Assembly (NCBI GenBank): GCA_010093705.1
Contig: MU006124.1
Coordinates: 1 to 64,000, forward strand
Reading direction: 5' to 3'
DNA length: 64,000 bases
DNA from: Patellaria atrata CBS 101060
Taxonomy: Eukaryota
In this document: piece after piece, positions 25,182 through 36,500 of the stretch
How positions within the stretch are numbered: position 1 is the stretch's first letter
Layout: the number at the start of each line of letters is the position of its first letter
Notes under the pieces: model-generated
The model's database searches: none
Told to the model about the DNA's origin: nothing
Seen by the model: the letters and a program-made list of their open reading frames with translations, nothing else
Translations under genes and position numbers: made by a program

Positions 25182-26952
25182 ATGGGAATATTAACAATGA
25201 TTCAAGTATTGGCCTCAATTTGGACGCTTTTTACCTTACCCACCAACGCACAAAACAACTCCTCCGCATTTTCCCTCTGTTCCTCTCTCCAGTCCACGCT
25301 GTTCTGCTCCATCATTCTGCCCTCTGATGCACCTTATATAAACCTCACAAGAAAGAACTGGTAACACCATCGCTTCCAAAGCGTTTCCCTAGTCTGAATC
25401 TATTATTAGGGCCGAAGTTGCTGAGAACTTTCCCGCCTGCATTCTCCTCCCATTCTCCGTTTCGCAACTTCAAAGAGCGCTTAATCAGCTCACCGCCCAC
25501 CGCGTCCCGTTTGCTATCCGCAGTGGTGGCCATGCAGTCGCGCCCAATGCAGCGAGTATCGGAGCGGAAGGAATTCTGATTGATATGGGTGGTTTCAATG
25601 AAGTCGAACATGACCTTGAGAGAGAGGTGGTGAGGGTTGGAAGCGGCGTGAAATGGGGTGATGTGTATAGGGTTCTGACTCCAAAAAACTTGACTACTGT
25701 TGGCGGACGCTTGTTGGATGTTGGGGTAGCAGGATTAACGTTGGGAGGTAGGTTCTTCTGGATTTAAGAAGATGAGCTGGAAGCATCTGGTATATTCTAG
25801 TAAGCCTGATCCGTGAATAGGTGGTTTGTCGTACCTTAGCGATAGGGAAGGTCTGGCGTGTGACAATGTGCTCAATTATGAGGTTTGTTTCTTCTATTAC
25901 TCTTTAAGTCAAGGCTTATAAGTCAAGTGAAGGTACTCTTAGCGGATGGGCGGATTGTAAATGCGAATACATCGTCAAATGTCGAACTATTCCGTGCATT
26001 AAAAGGCGGCGGTAACAATTTTGGTATAGTATTCGCCTAGACCAATGACGAGTAGAGAAAACTCATATAGTAATGCAGGTATTGTAACCCATTTCACGCT
26101 CCGAACCTTTCCGCAAGATTTTGTCTGGGGTGGAATCCGGGCCTATAGCTACGACCAGCTTCCTGCAATTCTATCAGCAGTAGCAGAATACCAATCCACA
26201 CCGAACAAGGACTTAAATGCAAACCTTATGATTCAGGTTCCTGTCACAAATGCGTCGATTGGAATAATTCTGAATATGGTATACTTAAACCCTACTGCGA
26301 ATCCACCAGCATTTAGAGCTTTTGAAAACCTGAGTTCTTTTGCGGATACTGTAAGTATACGATCTTTCGAGGATTTCATGGCAGATTCATTGTTATTAAG
26401 TACGGTAGATTACCCAAGGTATGTGTCCCTTTCACTAAGGGTAATGCGAAACTAATTGGCTCTACTAGATGGGATTTTCGAACTACGACATTCCTACTCA
26501 ACGCGTCGTTGTACACTGAGGTATTTGAACTATTAGCGAACGCCCATGAACTAACAACTTTATCGAACATTTCTTCCGGTACATTGGTTGTCGGGATACA
26601 GCCGATAGCGGAAACCGCAGTTCTTCAAGGCGATGTACGAGGTGGAAACTCCCTAGGGTTGAGTTCCCGGCCACAGATATGGTTGTCACTTAACACGGGT
26701 TGGAGGAAGAGTGAAGATGACGTAGCAGTTTACGGCGTATCAAGAGATTTGGCAAAGAAGGTTGAACAGCTGACCAGACCAAGCGGACACTATCATCGAT
26801 ACATATTCATGAATGATGCCAGTTGGGATCAAGAAGTTATACAACACTATGGTGACCACAATGTCGCAAGAATGAGGGCAGTACAAGCGAAATATGATCC
26901 AGACAGAGTATTTCAGGATCTCGTGCGTGGGGGTTGGAAGCTTGCCCTGTAA
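25182..26952 (+). CDS. FAD-linked oxidoreductase (BBE/VAO-type), 497 aa, probable signal peptide
   Basis: Exons 25182-25360, 25410-25747, 25821-25882, 25933-26023, 26079-26418, 26469-26952 (1494 nt, open). Motifs [51 protein letters not shown]. Confidence 0.93.
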
Positions 26953-27624
26953 TGCAAAGTGCCTCGAACACTAGTCGAATACACATATTCCCCAAGACTT
27001 CTCCGGCAGTGCACGCTTTCATCTTGACGTTATCTCGGGTTTCGGGGGTCCACTACCTTTGCAATGCAACGAAGGAACTGCGCGGTGTCATATCTCAAAA
27101 GAGCAATCCAAACCGAGATGTGCATGTTGATCACATATGTGCGGCAGCAGTCATACTCGCGGCACTGGAGGAGATAGCGAAAGTATTGGGGTACTAAATC
27201 GCGGGATTTATCTCTCTTTAGTCTGTCGTAGTCGTAACCTCACACGGTGTTCCTTATATATCCAGAATAAATAGGCTTCCGCAGTGGCCCGAGAGATGAT
27301 CTCAACGTGAAAGCGTCTGAAAAACTAAGTTTTAGTTAGCGAATAAAGTGAACTTTATTTCCATTGGTGCGAAGATTATACTTCAAACAGAATCTTATAA
27401 ATCGTAAAAAGTGCGAGAGGTTTCCCCAAACACTTTCTTCTCCCATAACCCCATGCAAAGTCATATTTGAGAACGTCGTCCGCCCATTTAGGGTCCTCAA
27501 GAAACCTCTCAGGCCTAAACTTGTCAAAGTCTGAGCCATAAATCTGTTCGTTACGACCAATAACCCAGGGGGAGGAAGCAAGCTCGGTCCCATCAGGTAT
27601 AAATCGTCCGTTATTCGGTATTTG

Positions 27625-27860
27625 TGTGAGACTACTAACCCCCTAGGTGATGTCAGATGGCTGATCCCCGACAGCCTTATGTTGGAAGATCGTCAGGATC
27701 TCCAGGAGTTCGTGTTGGAGATCTTCAGAGCTAAATGCTAGGCTTTATGACGTTAAAGGATTAATTAATCAAAGGTGGTCTGTCATTATATAAACACTAG
27801 ATAGAATCCGTAGTTGTACGGAGAATCAAGCGACTACATTCAGTTACCCACAATCTCACA
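27625..27860. mobile_element. Solo LTR (236 bp) inside the P450
   Basis: TGTGAGA...TCTCACA termini and 5-bp TSD ATTTG (27620-27624, 27861-27865). Removal restores the frame GGLQIPNNGRFIPDGTE. Confidence 0.9.
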
Positions 27861-28242
27861 ATTTGCAGACCTCCCTTTTTGACATATCGTGGTAGATAGC
27901 TTACAGTGGGTGGGTCTAACCGTAACGTTTCTCTCACACAAGCTTTCAAGTAAGGAAGATTGCGCACTTTATCGTATTTTAATGGTTCGTCCGAGCTCGC
28001 CTCATCCGGGGATAGATTAGCGAGAGTAACCTTAAACTTCTGCTACGAGTTTCTTCAAACACGCTTTGTTTTCAAACACATAACTTACATAATCGTATAG
28101 AAGATCGTGTGGCCGGACGTTTCATGCCTAACTGTAAGGAAGGTATTAAGATCTTCCTTCACCTCTGCTAGTGTTATAAGAGTGCCATCGTAATTCTTCG
28201 CTTTGCGGAGCATGTAGTTTAGCATATGCGTACTAGAATAAG

Positions 28243-28470
28243 TGTCAGACGTAAGGGTGCTGAAAATGATCAAGATAATCGCTCGATTGTTTAATGACTG
28301 TTCTAAAGAGCGTTTAAATACATGAGAACATGCAGGCAACAGCGTTGATACCTACTAGGCAGCTGTTTTAAAGGAATGATGCTAATAACTAGCGTAAGGC
28401 AGTAGGAGATATACTTGATTATCCTTTCCACCAAGATCTTCAGTCTAACAAGGGGACCCATACTTCAACA
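28243..28470. mobile_element. Solo LTR (228 bp) inside the P450
   Basis: TGTCAG...TCAACA termini and 5-bp TSD ATAAG (28238-28242, 28471-28475). Removal restores the frame NPEPYSSTHMLNYML. Confidence 0.9.
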
Positions 28471-29765
28471 ATAAGGTTCCGGATTCTGGATTCTTTCTGC
28501 GATGAGGTCATCTCTGAATCTAAGCATCCGCCCAAGGGGTGTGGTATCTCCAACATTAGGTGTTAGTAACCACTTCAGCGGTCCGCGAAAGAGAAACTTT
28601 TTTAGAGATGGAAGTCGTCCTAATGTATGCATAGCTTTTACCCCTCCTTGCATGGTTTTTATCAAATTAAGGGCTTCCTCGTAACCGCTGGGAATTTGTG
28701 AATAAGACCAGCCCATTAAGCGAATCATATTGGCGTCTGCGGCGATGAGACTAATAAGTCAATAAATCCTATCTATCCCAAACAAAATTTCTACCAAGAC
28801 TTACATAGGCCAATTGGTGAACTCAAAAATCTGCCCCGTGACTGCGAACCTATTAGTTAGTTCACAAATCCACGTTTTAATTGCGGAGTCCAATATTATT
28901 TCATCAGTACGAATAGCATCTAATCTGAACTGCGAATGATCAACGCGTGTTCTACTCTCATTGAGTACATATTCATTCACATACAGTTTCTGCGATTCGA
29001 TGCCTTGCGTTACGATGCATCTGCCAATCCTTCGACTCGACGATTGATTCCACATCATCGATGGAAGAGTTATAATGTGGAGTCTTGTCTGCACGATGAT
29101 GGTAGATATCAGGCAGCAAACGAGGGTCGTTGCAAAGTAGTAAGTTCGGTTGCCACCGTATGACTGCGCCTGCATAAAGTAGTCAGTCAAAGGTCGCTAC
29201 CGAACTGACGAGTTGATAATGATTAAGCCAAAGAAGCCGCACCAAATCTTTTATGTGCATCTAACATTAATTCGTGCTCCTTGCCGGATAAAAATGCTTT
29301 GACTGAATACAAGCGAGACAACCCGGCGAGACTTGGTCCAGGGAACATGGAAAGACGTTTGTAGGGAGCCCAAAATATATAAGACAACGTGATAAGTATA
29401 GTAAAAAGCGATGGTAGCACTTCGGTCACAAATATCAAAGCCGCCATAACTGCGCGGTCCAGGAATACTATGGAAAATTAATCGAGAAGGAGATAATCAA
29501 AAGTACAGAGACAGGGCATAGATATACAAGTAGGAAGAAGTTGAAGAAGTGGATTATACTTGCCGAGCACTGAAGGATCCCCGCTTTACTACATTAACTT
29601 TGTAACAGCGTCGTGTAAGCTAAGACCCTTAACTCATGCGTGCTAAAGATTCTAAGGTAGGTTATATGCGAGTGTCCGAAAGTAACTTGAACCCCGGTTT
29701 TCAGCTCTGCAAGATTTAGGGAGATACTGTGCCGCGCGGGAGTGGATGAAGCTCATGCATGAATT

Positions 29766-30561
29766 CTAATTTAGAGCAAAACGTCTTTGAAAGATGCAGT
29801 TACTCATCCTCTGACATGCCGTGTCCCAATCATTAGTCCATTCCCTGTGAAAGGGTTGGTATCCTAGTAAACCGCCAATCCATCTTCCAATAACTATGTT
29901 CAGGAAATACATCGATATGGTCTTTCCGAACGGAACATACCATGGAAGAGAAAGGCAGGAACCACCGCCGTCAAAAAGCTGTGATTAAGGTCAGTGTCTT
30001 AGCCAACTAACGGAAACCGGAACTCACCGAGAATACCTGGATGGGATCAGGATATTCCCCATAAAGGACAATCTGATCCTGATATCCGTACCAATTCTGA
30101 AAGAATACAGTATCGAGAGGATAGTTCTCCTTAGTTACGGATCCACTCATCAGAAACTTAGTAATATTCTGCTCTGTAACGGGAGCAGGATAAGAGCGAT
30201 GATGCACCCAAGGCTTGATATCGACCTCGCCATCAGCAGGAGTGATGATGCGCGCCTTGCCTTCGATTTCGATAATAATTCTGCCTTCAAGAACTTCAAA
30301 ATACTCTGTCTGATAGGGGTGAAAGTGAGTCGGCGGCTTCTTGTCCGAGCGTTCCATGACTTCAATAAGTCTTGGGTGATGAGAATCAAAGAGTACTTCA
30401 ATCATAAATGCGCGATTCGGATATGGGACAATCTTAGCTTCTATCGCGCCTTCAAATCTACCGAAATAAAGTTAGATGTGGACACCATAGTAAGGAAATT
30501 TCACGTACGCAAGCACTAGGTCATTTCCTATATTTGAAAAAAGTGGTTTAACTGGCGCCAT
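29766..30561 (-). CDS. Cupin-domain oxidoreductase resembling VirC/FogC of salicylaldehyde clusters, 231 aa
   Basis: Exons 30561-30509, 30457-30028, 29978-29766 (696 nt, open). Motifs PPTHFHPYQTEYFEVLEG, PWVHH, LDTVFFQNWYGYQD, GRWIGGLLGYQPFHREWTNDWDTAC. Confidence 0.88.
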
Positions 30562-30689
30562 ACTAGCGGAAAGATAACCTCGAAAAGAGTTCCCGAATCT
30601 TACTGTAAGGTGGCAAGGGCACATATAGTGAGATGTAGAATTGAGGTGTGTGATCTAGAAGAGACTGGAGGAAGACAGGCATATATAAG

Positions 30690-30980
30690 GGTCTTGTTCA
30701 GGCCGTGCACGGTTTCAGAGCGTGCACGGTCGCCCACCAAAATTCAGTTGTTAAAATGCACCTATCCGGAGAATAATAAGGACTACTTTTTACTCCACCA
30801 CCACCGATATGACTCCAATTGAGGCCGCGCTTGAGAGTCTACAGCTTCAAGATATCCCTAATATAACGCAAACTGCAAAAGAGTATAATTGCGACCGCAC
30901 GACGTTATCGCGGCGTTTTCGTAATGTCACTATTTCCCGCGAGGTAGTAATCGAAAACTTTAAATTAATGACCGATATTA
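30690..30980 (+). mobile_element. 5' fragment of a Tc1/mariner-pogo-type transposon (HTH start), truncated
   Basis: ORF from 30809, MTPIEAALESL..NITQTAKEYNCDRTTLSRRFR, is a typical transposase HTH N-terminus. Repeated CGTGCACGGT motifs at 30704-30730 suggest a terminal region. Exact left end uncertain. Confidence 0.7.
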
Positions 30981-31779
30981 GACGGCTAGATCCCGATAAC
31001 CTTATTCTATACCTAACGTAGTTAGCATGTATTAGACTATATTATCAAAAACTTTTTTACTACCTTAAAGTTAAAAACCCTACTATTTAAATTAAAAATT
31101 TATAAGGAACTTAAATTTAAAGACTATTAATAATAGAGTCTTTAGATAGAAGTGCTATTAATAATAAAAGAGATAGAAAAAAAGGAAATAAAAATTTAAT
31201 ATTACTATTAAGCTTAATCTTAATAAATTTAACTAACTAAATTAGATAATTAAAAGCTATAAAATCTAGATATTTAATAGAGAATATTAATAAAAAAAAC
31301 TAAGATAACTTTAATTATATAAATTTAAATAATAAATTAGAAACTAATTTAATAATTAAGTTATTTTAAATATAAATAAATCTTCTATTTATATTTTTAA
31401 AGAGAAAAAAAGGCTCTTATAAAGTTATCTCTTCTTAAAAATTTATAAAAGAACTTAAAAAGAGTATTATTAATTATTAATAACTAATATCTATACTAAA
31501 TAAAATAAAACACTTTAAAGAAACTTATAATATAATATAAAAAACCTTAAAAGTATATATAAATATAGAAAAATAAGGATAAATAAAGAGCCTTTTAAAG
31601 ATTAATATAAAATATTATTAAGTATTATATATTATTAAGTATTATAGAATTTCTTAATAATTATTACCTTTATTATAACACGAAATATCTTAATAATAAT
31701 AAAATAATAAAGCTTAATAAGAAAATTAAATAAAGTTTATATTTTAAGTTTATAAAAAAGATTAATTTTAAAGTTTATA

Positions 31780-33440
31780 ATATACTACTATCGCGTATAA
31801 CGCGTGTCTATAAAAGCTTTAACGAAGATATAACTAAACTCTCACTTAAATTAATTATTAACCTAATTACTAGAAGCTTACCGCGATTAAAAAGTAACTA
31901 ATTATCTAATATATTCTTAACCTCGATTCGCGAGGATTTACGCCCCGGCTATATAAGATAGTAGATATAGTAGATAAACTATTAAACGCGTGAGATAAGA
32001 AGTGAGTAGATAAGAACTAACTTAAAAAATTTATAATATATTTAGATAAACTAAAGATAGCCTTTAATCGAGTAAAGAATTATTAAAAAATACTTTAAAA
32101 AGATTCTAAGATAATTAACGCGTAGTTTAAACTTATTAAGAAGATAAAAGTTAAATATAATATTTATAATAATAATATCTATAATTTCGACGAGACTAGC
32201 TTCTAGATAAGTATAATTAGGTTAATAAAAGTTATTATAGATATAAAAAGATATATAAAATTTAATTTTATTTAATTAAATAATTAAGAGTAAATTATAA
32301 TTATCTAAAATATCTATATTATAAGATACGCGATTCTACTCTTTATTATCTATAAAGGCCGCGTCTATATCTCTATATAGTATAAGGAGATAGATATATC
32401 GCGTAATTAGAAGATTTTAATCTCTAAAAACGGTTAAATAAATAATATATTTAGTCTTAAGTGATTAAAATATTTTAACGCGTATATAAAGACGTATATA
32501 GTAGGGGTATACTAGCTATTTATTCTCGATAATTATAAGAGCTATTTTAACTAGAATTTTAAGAATTATTATCTAAAGAATAAGATTTTAATACTTTATA
32601 TATTTTCTTACTTATTATATATACTTTAACTATTTAATATAATCTATTTTTTATTATTAAAGCGTAAGTACTTCTAGCGTATTTAAGACTTAATATATTA
32701 ATATATCTTTTATATTAATAAAAAGGGCTTTCTACTAGTCTTTAAAAACGCGTTTTTTAATATATTTATAGAGAAGAACTATTATAAAGTCTTTAAAATA
32801 TTAGATTTTATCTTTATTAATATATAGATAGTGCTAAATCGTCTTAAAGTATATCTATATACTTTACTAAAACCTTTACTATTATAAATATTATAGTAAT
32901 TAAAGACTTTAAGTAATATATTTAAATTTAAATTATAATTAAAATTTATATAGAATTCTATTACTAGATTATCTACTATAACTTAATCTAAACTTATATA
33001 GCTTATAAAAGGAGCTAAATTAATAATATATAAAAGCGCGTTTATAGACGCCTATATTATTAAGTTTAAAAAGTAATTAATAGTAATAATTAAAAGAAAA
33101 ACGCGTAAATAAAAGCGAATTTAATATAGCGATATAATAGAATATAGTGAGATATTAATAAAGATAATTATTAAAGCGTCTACGACGTCTTAGCGATTAA
33201 AGAAGGCTTAAAATAATAATAATTATAAAATAATCTAATTAGCTATATAATATTATAGGAACTATAAAGGAATTAGATATAACGCTTAAATATATAAAAA
33301 GAATTTAGAAGAGACTTCTAAATTTAATATAAATATAAATTATATAAATTCTCTATTTAATAACGATTAATTTAATATTCTTTATAATAAATTATTTATA
33401 TTAAGAAATTCTATAATATTTAATAGTATATAATACTCGA
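31780..33440 (+). mobile_element. RIP-degraded Fot1/pogo-like DDE transposon
   Basis: Same-frame motifs LDSRGF (31922) and YNFDET(G)F (32180-32203), plus degraded LDGH, QPLD and a terminal CxxC..GH..C knuckle (~33255-33295). Ends approximate. Confidence 0.82.
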
Positions 33441-33590
33441 TAATATTTTATATTATTATTAAAATTTAATAAAATAAAAACTTTTTTTTTTTTTAATTTT
33501 ATTATATTATATTATTTATAATATTATATATATAGTCTTTAAATTATAATATAACTTTTTATATATATAAATTTCTTTTTAAAATCTTTA

Positions 33591-36500
33591 TATAATAATT
33601 TATTATAATATTAATTTTATTCCTATATTTAGTAAGTTTATATAAGATCTTAATTAGCTTAAATACGAAAGAGATCTTATAGCTATAATTAGTTAAATAG
33701 AAGATAATTAGGCTAAAATTTAATAAAATAAGATTATTATAAATAAATATTTAGTTTATAATATAATTATTTCTTAATTTAATCTTTATATTTAGTAATT
33801 AATAATAGAGATAATTAAAATATAATTATTATAATTATATTATATTATTATATTAGATTAAGTTCTTCTTTAATAATTTTTAAAAAGACGATATAATATT
33901 CTAATTAAAATATAATATTAGTCTAATCGATAAACGATTATTAGATTAATTAGGAATTTATAAATAACTAAGCTCTATTAATAATAAGATATCTAATATT
34001 TAAAAGTATTAATATTAATAATAATAATAATTTAATATTTAAAAGAGATTAAAATTAATAAATATAAATTATTTAAAAAAATAAATATTATAGTAAATTA
34101 AATAAAATAGTTAAATCTTTAGTAATCTTAATAAAATAGATAAATAATAAATTAATTATAAATTTAAAAGTAAAGAATAATATTAAATTAAAAGAAAAAA
34201 GAAAAATATATTAATATAAATTAATATTAAAAATAATTAATTAATAAATTATTAATAATATTTTAGAAATAGATCTATAGAATTTATTAAAAGAAATTCC
34301 CGAAATAATAAAAGAAAAGAAACCTTTTAGATATATTATTATTATAAATAATTAAAACGCCGATATAATTAATAAAGTAAAGAAATAGATAATTAAAAGT
34401 TTAAATTAATTTATAATAAAATATTTTTATATAAAAGTAAAACTTATAACTTAAAAGATATAATTTAGAAAAATAGTAAATCTTATTAATAAGATAATAT
34501 CTAACTTATAGTTAAAATTATAAGTATATTAAATAAATAAAGAAATTATAAAATATTTTTAAAATAAGATTAATAACTTAAAAAGATAAATTAAATAGTC
34601 TAAACTAAATTAAAAAAGCGTTTAATTTAACGATAAATTTAATAATAAAGAATTATTAATATTATATAATTATAATAATTAAATTAAAATAGTCGATTTA
34701 ATTAAAAGCTTTAGAAATAAAGATAATAATAAAATAAAGAAATTTCCTAATCTATTAAAATTAACTAATAATAAAAAACTAATTTATAAAAAATAAAAGA
34801 GTAAAATAAATAATAAACTTTATATTAATAGCGATTAATTTTAAGATAAAAGGACGAAAACTACTTATATTAAAATATAAATTAGTGATAAAGTAGTTAA
34901 ATATATATATTTTTTCTTAAAATTAAAGAAGGATAATATAATTTTAATAAAGCTAATAAAATTTCTAGACTAAATTTATAAAGACTTAAATAAACGATTA
35001 AAAGTTAAAGATAAATTAAAGAAATTAAAATAAGATTATTTAATAAACTTTTTAAAGTTCTAGTTTATATTTATCTAACTAGCTAATAAAGCTAGATTAT
35101 TATATAATTAATAGAAAAAGAAACTCTATAATAGACTCTATAATAGTTTAAGATTAATAATAGTAGAAGTTATAAATAATAATAAAATTAACTTCTAAAA
35201 ATATTATAATAAAGTTATAATATAAATATAAAAGTTAGAAAGATTAAATAAAGCTAATAAAGTTTATAAAAAAAGTTAAAAATATAGTAAATCGACTAGA
35301 ATAACTTTTATTTTAATAATAATAAATAGAACTTTATATTAATTAAAGAATAGAGAAATTATCTTATCTATAATATTATAAATAATAGAGTAGATTATAA
35401 CTATTTAAAAGTTTATAAATAATTACTTTAACTATAATAAGGCCGGATATAAAACGTTAAAATACTAGAAATTAAAGAAGATAATTAAAGTAAAGTTAAT
35501 CTAGAAAGATAAATATTAAAGTTTAAAGTTTAATTTAAAATTAGATTTAGAAAATAAGAAACTCTAAATAAAGACTTTATATTAAAGTTAATAATAGAAG
35601 TATTAATAATATTAATTAACGATTTAATATTAAAAAAACTATTTACGATATTATATTAAATCTCGAAAAACGTAATTATAATATAGCTTAAAACCTTAAT
35701 TAATATTAAAGTTTAAAAGTATATTCTACTAAATAAGAGATAACTATTTACTTTAAAATAACGTCTTAGAATTAAAGTTAAAAAGATAAATTAAAAGATT
35801 AAAATTAATATCTTTAATAATTTAAAGATAATATTAATTAATTAAGTACTTAAAATAAGCCTTATAATTAAAGAACGAAAATAGTTAATATTAATTATAA
35901 TAATAAATATAGACTATAATAATATATTTATAAATAAAGAGTAATTTTTTAAAACTAGTAATTTATCTAATTATAAATATTATTAAATTATTTAACTAGA
36001 ATAGACTATTATAATTAAAGACTAATAACGAGATATTATAATTCTAAAAAGCGAGCTACGAATTTAAACTAACTTATAATATTAATTCGATATAAAATAA
36101 TAAGATAAAGCTATTAATAAATAAGAACGTAATTAATAAAAAGTATTAATTAATTAAAGAAAAAAACTATAATTATTCTAATAAAAATAACTAAGTTTAT
36201 AGGCTAAGAATATTAACTTTAATCTTTAAAAGATAAAATTAAAATTATCGAATCTAATAAAGAAAAAGATACTAAAACTCTTTAAAAAATTAAAGTTAAA
36301 GTTAAGTAAATAGATTAATATTACTAGAATCTATATAAATATTTATTTAGTTAGTGGAGAGAATTATCTATAAAATATAAAATATAAATATATTATTATA
36401 GATATTATAAGTTTATATAAAATTAACTTCTTAATATAAAATTAACTTATAAAAGATAAAAACTCTTTAAATAAAGATAAAGATATTTATAAAATAATAA

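Larger units (their letters stand above)
27208..29447 (-). pseudogene. Cytochrome P450 pseudogene
   Basis: N-terminal TM + PGP, degenerate I-helix TVRHETSG, ETLR, RPERF, heme motif FAWGYGRRKCLG. Introns 29242-29170, 28984-28930, 28804-28751, 27381-27325. Disrupted by two solo LTRs and two frameshifts at ~28085 and ~28035. Confidence 0.93.

Noticed and set aside
28043..28088. GTAAGT...TAG as an intron rescuing the P450 frame
   Set aside because: Splicing it gives the wrong frame and removes the J-helix-like YVFENKACLKKLVAEV.
14880..31020. Island as cargo of a Starship or composite transposon
   Set aside because: There is no tyrosine-recombinase captain, and the two flanking relics belong to different superfamilies with no matching ends or TSD.
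31020..31780. AT-rich segment between the two pogo-type relics
   Set aside because: It is probably another RIP-degraded element, but I could not assign any motif.
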